Below are positions 63,802-64,000 of a DNA stretch of 64,000 bases, piece by piece (the first letter of the stretch is position 1; every line of letters begins with the position of its first letter). The notes below the pieces were generated by a model. It had not been told where the DNA came from. It was given only the letters and a program-made list of their open reading frames with translations, and did not search any database. The DNA comes from Octopus vulgaris (taxonomy: Eukaryota). The stretch is from the NCBI GenBank assembly GCA_951406725.2, contig OX597825.1:47988001-48052000 (forward strand), read 5' to 3'. The position numbers were made by a program, and so were the translations under genes.

Positions 63802-64000
63802 AAAAGCGAGGCCAAAACAGACAGAAATAAAGTGCGAGTAACGCCAAAGTGAGATTAAAACGTTGAGACTTAGAGATCGAAGCCGCCCTATTTCGGTGAC
63901 CCTACTAATAAAGGAAAATCATATAATCTTCTCTTTGTAAGCGTGTTATAAGTTTTATGTTTGTTGTTAATTGTTTGTAAGTGATATGAAATAGAATCAA

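Overview
This is AT-rich, repeat-dense eukaryotic genomic DNA, not prokaryotic. The repeat families and the density of microsatellites point to an octopod cephalopod (Octopus-like); that is an inference. The one host gene I can support is the 3' half of a + strand THSD4/ADAMTSL6-like (ADAMTSL4/6 group) extracellular-matrix gene. It has seven coding exons (20914-21043, 36705-36909, 37214-37384, 43480-43653, 47119-47304, 48924-49077, 49365-49504). They have canonical GT-AG sites, are in frame across every junction, and encode six TSP1 repeats, a PLAC domain and a His-rich tail. Its upstream exons are probably outside the window. Most of the remainder is mobile DNA: CR1/L2-group LINEs, RTE LINEs with a PHD finger inside the RT, RTE-BovB-like, R4/Dong-like (RLE) and Tx1-like LINE remnants, mariner remnants, Penelope remnants, tRNA-derived SINEs, non-autonomous Helitron-like elements, a ~770 bp foldback palindrome and a 2.3 kb AT-only satellite. 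The most notable signals: (1) several type I hammerhead-ribozyme motifs, one complete and sense-oriented inside the 15.7 kb intron; (2) long intronic inverted repeats that could form dsRNA; (3) a covarying 3' stem-loop shared by a SINE and a LINE; (4) a head-to-tail Helitron dimer. TE boundaries are approximate and family names come from motif recognition, not database searches.
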